A stretch of DNA of 13,721 nt from Leptolyngbyaceae cyanobacterium (lineage in GTDB: Bacteria; Cyanobacteriota; Cyanobacteriia; Phormidesmidales; Phormidesmidaceae): NCBI GenBank assembly GCA_965263355.1, contig CBDHHL010000058.1, forward strand, positions 1 to 13,721, read 5' to 3'. Position 1 is the stretch's first letter; every line of letters begins with the position of its first letter. This document shows, one piece after another, positions 8,942-13,721 of the stretch. A program made the translations under genes and the position numbers. Below the pieces are notes generated by a model that was not told the origin of the DNA, did no database searches, and saw only the letters and a list, made by a program, of their open reading frames with translations.

Positions 8942-9766
8942 ATGTTAGGAGGTCCTGACCCATTCGATGCTGATACAAGCACCTCAATTGTAAAGAACAC
9001 AGACGATGGAACTTATCTTGAATCAAGACGTGGTGTAACTGAGATAACTGGTTTTGATAGAGACTATGTTCCAGTACCCTGGAAAGCTGTGCCACAAGTG
9101 CTTAGACATATAGCTAATGAGGTTAAGCTTATCGAAGCTATTGGGGGAAAGTTTTCAGTAGGTTTTGAGCAGCCCAAAAAATATGGAGGAGCTAAGGGGC
9201 GGATTGATAGGTTTCCTGTCACAGCTGGTGATATAGAACTTGCAGCCTATTGTGTTGAATATATTCAAGCAGAATTAGATAGAAGCGTAGCGGAAAGAGA
9301 TCAAGGTCTGACCTACTGTATTAAAGAAATCGATAATATACCAGAATTCTTAAAAGACCCCGAAAAGGGAAAGAGTTGGATTGAAATAGCTGAGATGGAT
9401 AGGCTTGTATACGAACCTCCAATTTTCATGGAACGTCAAGTTACAGAAAGTGGTGAGGAATTTATTATAAATCCTGAGCTTTTACAAAAAGAGACTACTC
9501 GCTGGATGATGGCTTTTAGAGCTAGCAATTCAGTAGGAAAGGATGTGCATCGAAACATTCATACGTTTCAAAAACCCTTTTGTGATCCTCCTGGCCAAGC
9601 ATTAATGTACATCAGCACCTTGGCTAAAGAGGTAACTATTGGAGGGCAAACCGAATGGGTACCTCTAGAAATTCCATCGGTTCTGATGAACCGAGCAGAG
9701 CAGAATGATACCGGCTCTACTTTGCGGAACTACCATGCCGTACCTCATAAATACGGTACGGCCTAA
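8942..9766 (+). CDS. Hypothetical protein (274 aa), divergent from the NB-ARC gene
   Basis: Long ORF in AT-rich DNA with globular-protein composition, no competing long ORF, and stem-loops at its 3' end. No motif recognised. Confidence 0.75.
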   Translation: MLGGPDPFDADTSTSIVKNTDDGTYLESRRGVTEITGFDRDYVPVPWKAVPQVLRHIANEVKLIEAIGGKFSVGFEQPKKYGGAKGRIDRFPVTAGDIELAAYCVEYIQAELDRSVAERDQGLTYCIKEIDNIPEFLKDPEKGKSWIEIAEMDRLVYEPPIFMERQVTESGEEFIINPELLQKETTRWMMAFRASNSVGKDVHRNIHTFQKPFCDPPGQALMYISTLAKEVTIGGQTEWVPLEIPSVLMNRAEQNDTGSTLRNYHAVPHKYGTA

Positions 9767-9800
9767 ACACTAGGTGCAACGCATGTACAACGTTGCACCT
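9737..9800 (+). terminator. Two tandem perfect stem-loops spanning the stop codon (terminator or 3'-stabilising structure)
   Basis: GCCGTACC 9737-9744 / GGTACGGC 9755-9762 and AGGTGCAACG 9772-9781 / CGTTGCACCT 9791-9800. There is no U-tract, so the function is uncertain. Confidence 0.4.
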
Positions 9801-10189
9801 TAGTCTTATCTGGTCCAAATCCAATATCTTTCCAGTAGACTTGGACACAGAAAGGCCCCCAGAGAGCGCCAACTTTCTGGGGCTTGTTAAGTCGAATTCA
9901 ATTTTCAACATACAGATGCTGACCTATTACGAGCGAGTACGATTCTCGCCCCTACCTCCCATCCTGAATGAAGCAGGATAGCAGGCAGACCAATTTACTC
10001 TATAACCAGGACAAATGCTTCTTAAGCTGACAACTTAAGAGCATCAGTTGTGCTGAAAACTATCTTTCTCAAGGCTAACATAGCTTACTCAAACCTGAGT
10101 GACAGCTTGATAGATTCTCCTACACATTTTTAGGAGAGAACTTTGCATTGTCCTGGTATCCATCTCTACTGCTCTTTGGGTACCGTTAC

Positions 10190-10582
10190 ATGAAAACAGA
10201 ACCTCACAGAAAAACAGATGAAACTTCTTCATCTGAGCAACCAGAGTCTTTAGAAGAAACCTTAAATAGTTTCGATGAGGCAGACAGAAAACTTGCAGCC
10301 TTTTTAATTATTACTGTTTCTTGGGAACAGATGACATGTGGTCTCTTCCTTTTCTCAGACTGTTGCTTGCGCCGTGCCTTAACGTTCCTAAGTGACTTTG
10401 AGCAACGGCGAATTGCTGGTCTTTTAGCCAATCACCTAAAGACGGCAAGTATTGACACCATTCAATCCCTAAATAACCTGCCAAAGAATTTGAAGCAGAC
10501 AGCTTGGAGTCAGCTTGCCCCCCATGAACAGCGTCGTATTCAGAGGCTTCTTAATGCTCAGCTAGGAGGCCATCATGAGTGA
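10190..10582 (+). CDS. Hypothetical helical protein (130 aa from ATG 10190; the ORF track starts at TTG 10148)
   Basis: Internal duplicated motif LSDFEQRRI / LAPHEQRRI. Its 3' end contains GGAGG plus an overlapping ATG for a following gene, typical of operon coupling. Confidence 0.65.
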   Translation: MKTEPHRKTDETSSSEQPESLEETLNSFDEADRKLAAFLIITVSWEQMTCGLFLFSDCCLRRALTFLSDFEQRRIAGLLANHLKTASIDTIQSLNNLPKNLKQTAWSQLAPHEQRRIQRLLNAQLGGHHE

Positions 10583-10607
10583 CGCTAAAACTGCATATGA
10601 AGCTACC
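10575..10607 (+). pseudogene. First 11 codons (MSDAKTAYEAT) of a gene interrupted by IS21 copy 2
   Basis: AGGAGG-ccatc-ATG overlaps the end of the upstream ORF; the IS terminus TGCAAAATG starts at 10608. Confidence 0.55.
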
Positions 10608-11359
10608 TGCAAAATGATGTGTACTTCGGCACCCCAATGATGTTTATTCCGGCATCTGAATGACGTCAACTTCGGCACCTGAGTGATGTGGCTTCGGCAT
10701 CTAAATGATGATGTTCCGGCACCTGAATGATGTCAGCTTCGGCACCTGAGTGATGTTACTTCGGCACCTGAGTGATGTCAGCTTCGGCACCTGAATGATG
10801 TTACTTCGGCACCTGAGTGATGCGTACTTCGACATCAAAATAAGATCTATTTGGACAGGTAATTTATCCCGATGCATCGGAGGCCATTAGACTGCGTTCG
10901 CACAAGAACGTGAGGTTAATGAGCCCCAATGACGAAAAAACAACAAGGAAAATTACTGTCTATGGAGAAATTTAGAGAAATCATTCGTCTGCACGCTTTG
11001 GGGTATAACCAAACCCAAATCGCGCGTAGTTGCGCGGTTGCGCGCTCGACGGTCCAAGACTACATCCGTCGAGCAACAGCCAAAGGCCTGAACTATGAGG
11101 AGCTTCAAGGACTCAGCGATAGTGAGGCTCACCAGAGGTTGGGCAAGCAAAGCGCGTCATCGCTCAGCAAAACAGAGATCGATTTTGCCCCGGTCTATCG
11201 AGAACTCAGTCGTAAAGGGGTGACCCTGGCTTTGCTGTGGCAAGAAGGGTTAGACCGGGGCGATTGGAGCATCAGTTATGGTCAATTTTGTCGTCGCTAT
11301 AACCGATGGAAAGGCACTCAGAAACTTTCCATGCGTCAGACCTATCGAGGTGGGGAAAA
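10608..11359 (+). mobile_element. Second IS21 copy, left 752 bp only, inverted relative to copy 1
   Basis: Reverse complement of 2548-3299 with no differences seen by eye. Identity ends after GGTGGGGAAAA at 11359. Confidence 0.95.
10625..10836 (+). repeat. IS21 left-end tandem array, copy 2 (10 units)
   Basis: Units start at 10625, 10648, 10671, 10693, 10715, 10738, 10760, 10783, 10805 and 10828. Confidence 0.93.
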
Positions 11360-11375
11360 CTATCGTGCATCTTGA
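10929..11375 (+). pseudogene. istA: Truncated istA (N-terminal HTH region only, 143 native aa plus a foreign NYRAS tail)
   Basis: Identical to IstA of copy 1 up to TYRGGE, and cut just before the first catalytic Asp (VDYCG). Confidence 0.93.
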
Positions 11376-11383
11376 TACTCCTT

Positions 11384-13430
11384 TCAAAAATTCAACGTTT
11401 TGACGGTTCCCGCTATCAAGGCCTGGAATTTTGCTAACGTATCGGGGCGGTCGGGAAATAGATAGAGTTTGGATTGTGGATCCTGTGTAATGGTGATGAT
11501 GCCCTTCTTAATCCGACGATATATCCAGTGGGACGGACAGTTGAGGGACGCTGCGAGCTGAGGAATCGTCACATACCCTGGTACCTGACGAGGCTGAGAC
11601 GGGGGACGTTGTTTAAAGATCCGATGGTTCAAACGAATTCTTTGAACAGTACTGGGTAACAGGGTGAGTTGTGAGGGTGAGCGAAACCCTTCTTGAGTGA
11701 GGGCAGTAGCAATATAGCGGTCGTCTAACCCTTGTTGACTCAGATCGATAATACGCTGTTCTAGTTTATCACGATTACTCAAGTCTGAGATGGCTCCAAC
11801 AATGACCGATAAATCTGTTGTGGTCACATCACCTCCTTTCCAAACGATACGAATACGTATGGTATCTCTAGCAACCCGATGAAGAACAACTTTGTCTATT
11901 AAACAACGCAAAAGAGATTTTTTCTGAATTCTTGTGAGCACATTATCTTGCCAAAGCTCAGGCAGCTTTTTGCCAATATCCATGAACGCGGCTTGAAGCT
12001 CGGGCGAGAGCTTGGGGTGTGGCTTGGTTGTTGTTTGAGTCGTAATTCTGTCCTCAGCTTGCCTGAGTTCTCGTAACGCATCTTCCCATCGACGCTCTAA
12101 TTCAGACGCGACTAATCTGTTGTCTGGATCCACTTGGTTGTATTGACGTTCAGCTAAAGCAACCTGATACTGTAATCGTTCTAATTGTTGCTTTTGGGCA
12201 TGTTCAATCAAATTAAGCGATGTTTGCTGTGCTTGAATCGCTTCTGTATAGGCATCTAGCTCCAGAGGTGACAGTGCTTCAAAGAACGATTTTACGACAT
12301 ACGCATCAATACTATCTGCGAGCATAGACTGACAGACAGCTTCACGATAATGTTGATGGCGATAGTTGCAAATATAACGCGTTGCCTTTTTATATTGAAC
12401 CACCATCTTATGGCCACATTCACCACAGTACGTTAAGCCATGGATCATGGCAGTCCCTTGTCGCGGAATCCCTCGATTTTTCTTATGGTTATATTCCGCG
12501 TAGTTATCTTGTAGCTGTGCTTGAATCTGTTCATAGGTTTCCCAACAGATGTAGGCTGGATACTTGTCCTTCACGAGAATCCTCCATTCAGAACGCGGGA
12601 CCGTCTGATACGTCACTTGGTGAGGGTTGGAACCACTCCGAACACTTCGAGTGCGCCCATACACAAAGGCTCCTGCATAAGCTGGATTTTTCAGCATTGA
12701 CAGGATGGCTGCGGTTCCTGGGGTTCGCCAAATGATATCTCCAAATCGATTTTGGCGCGGTATCAACACCTGGTCCTGGTTAAATGTCGTGACTACCTGA
12801 CTGGCAGCTTTCACTTTCAGAAATGTTGTAAACACAAGGCTAATGCGGTCTTGGACTTCCTGATTAGGATGTTTCTGAACAATGCCTTGTTCGTCTCGAA
12901 CCAGGCCAACGGGTAGACGGACTTCTAAGTCTCCACGTTGGGCCTTATTAAGAACACCTGCCCGTAGACGGGCTCGAATGGTATGGAGTTCTAGCTCGGA
13001 GATTTGACCCTTCAATCCCAATAGCAACCGTCCGTTCGCGTTGCCTGGATCATAGACACCCTCTCGATCTGCAATCAAGCACCGCCGATAGCCACACAAA
13101 TCTAACAGCGGGTACCAGTCAGAACAATTACGTGATAAGCGGGTCACATCGTAGGAGAGGATAATGCCGACGGTCCCTAATGTGACTTGGGCAATCATGT
13201 CTTTAAAACCCTTCTCGATGCTCAGCTGTGGAGGCGGTGATGCCTAAGTCACGGTCAATCAGCTCAATGTTCGCTGGGCTCCAGCCTAGCTCCAGCGCTC
13301 GTTGTTTGAGGGCATACTGCAACTGTAGACTTTCTTGATTGTTCAGGAGCTGATTCGGGCTCGATTGGCGGATATAGATTAGGGCTTTGCGATTGAGATG
13401 TTGGGGTGTTACAAGTTCGGATGTTGTCAT
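11384..13430 (-). CDS. Large serine recombinase (resolvase + recombinase + Zn-ribbon + coiled coil + C-terminal HTH), 681 aa if the +1 frameshift at ~13205 is corrected
   Basis: YIRQSS (catalytic Ser), DLGITAS..REGF|KDMIAQV..GIILSYDVTRLSRN, NPAYAGAFVYGR, CGECG..YIC..C, VDPDNRLVASELERRW; RBS GAGGAGG. The ORFs 13203-13430 and 11384-13198 are two halves of one gene. Confidence 0.9.
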
Positions 13431-13527
13431 CGATAACCTCCTCGAAGATAGTAATCAGGTCTTTGATGATGCAGGCTTGGAGGTCTGAGGACAGGCGATT
13501 CCAAACGTGATGGGGGGAGATGGACAT
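13264..13527 (-). CDS. Small hypothetical protein overlapping the recombinase start
   Basis: Amphipathic VWNRLSSDLQACIIKDLITIFEEV segment that contains the recombinase RBS. The C-terminal half overlaps the recombinase and may be incidental. Confidence 0.4.
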   Translation of the reverse strand: MSISPHHVWNRLSSDLQACIIKDLITIFEEVIDDNIRTCNTPTSQSQSPNLYPPIEPESAPEQSRKSTVAVCPQTTSAGARLEPSEH

Positions 13528-13721
13528 AAGACGTCACACTGATGGAAAAGAGTGACCAATTCAGTCACACTCTCCAGCGTGAGCTTTGTTCCTAAGTGGC
13601 TTCGAGGGAGCCCTAATTGAGTGGAATCGAGATCAATACGCAAGCGCATGGGCTCTTTGTAAAGGACGTCGACATAACCAGATGAGCCTGGTGGTTTAAC
13701 GATTGAAAAGACGGTGAAACG
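13455..13721 (-). CDS. Partial hypothetical protein upstream of the recombinase (5' end outside the window); possibly DUF5372-like
   Basis: The frame is open to the window edge: RFTVFSIVKPPGSSGYVDVLYKEPMRLRIDLDSTQLG...KLTLESVTELVTL. The family assignment is from recalled gene context only. Confidence 0.5.
   Translation of the reverse strand, partial: RFTVFSIVKPPGSSGYVDVLYKEPMRLRIDLDSTQLGLPRSHLGTKLTLESVTELVTLFHQCDVLCPSPPITFGIACPQTSKPASSKT

Larger units (their letters stand above)
11360..13721 (-). mobile_element. Putative large-serine-recombinase mobile element (one end at ~11360; continues beyond the window)
   Basis: Abrupt junction inside istA only 24 nt after the recombinase stop; two small overlapping ORFs precede the recombinase. 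The other end is not visible. Confidence 0.65.

Noticed and set aside
9930..9961. tRNA gene or tRNA-derived att site (GCGAG-TACGATT-CTCGC...CCCA)
   Set aside because: The loop is TAC rather than TTC, there is no complementary 5' acceptor strand, D arm or anticodon arm, and CCA is out of register.
9717..9981. ORFs 9717-9911 (-) and 9793-9981 (+)
   Set aside because: Short, mutually overlapping, no RBS or motif, and they run across stem-loops.
10625..10836. CRISPR array (also 3071-3282), or a CRISPR-associated transposon
   Set aside because: Linkers are only 4-5 nt and recur, the same unit is at the opposite IS end in inverted orientation, and no cas genes are present. These are IS21 terminal repeats.
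10204..12735. ORFs 10204-10431, 10953-11150, 11474-11659, 11899-12081, 12382-12735
   Set aside because: Shadows of better-supported genes (the hypothetical ORF, the istA fragment and the serine recombinase).

Overview
Accessory, mobile-element-rich window with nested insertions. (1) An IS621-like IS110 element (98-4135, minus) has both CT-core ends, a split -35/-10 circle-junction promoter and an intact bridge-RNA-like non-coding region whose four guide segments match its own insertion site and ends. Its DEDD recombinase is interrupted by (2) a complete IS21-family element (481-3299, istA-istB, 8-bp TSD GTGGATAC) with a 10-unit 22/23-bp repeat array at its left end. (3) A bacterial NLR-like locus (unknown N-terminal domain + NB-ARC/STAND NTPase + ~21 TPRs, 18 of them high-identity 126-bp units) is split into two ORFs by an apparent 1-nt frameshift and lies head-to-head with a 274-aa orphan gene. 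(4) A hairpin-rich intergenic stretch and a small hypothetical operon are interrupted by a second, inverted IS21 copy (from 10608). That copy is cut at 11359 by (5) a large-serine-recombinase element running off the window, whose recombinase has a +1 frameshift at TTT-TAA. No CRISPR, rRNA or tRNA is supported.
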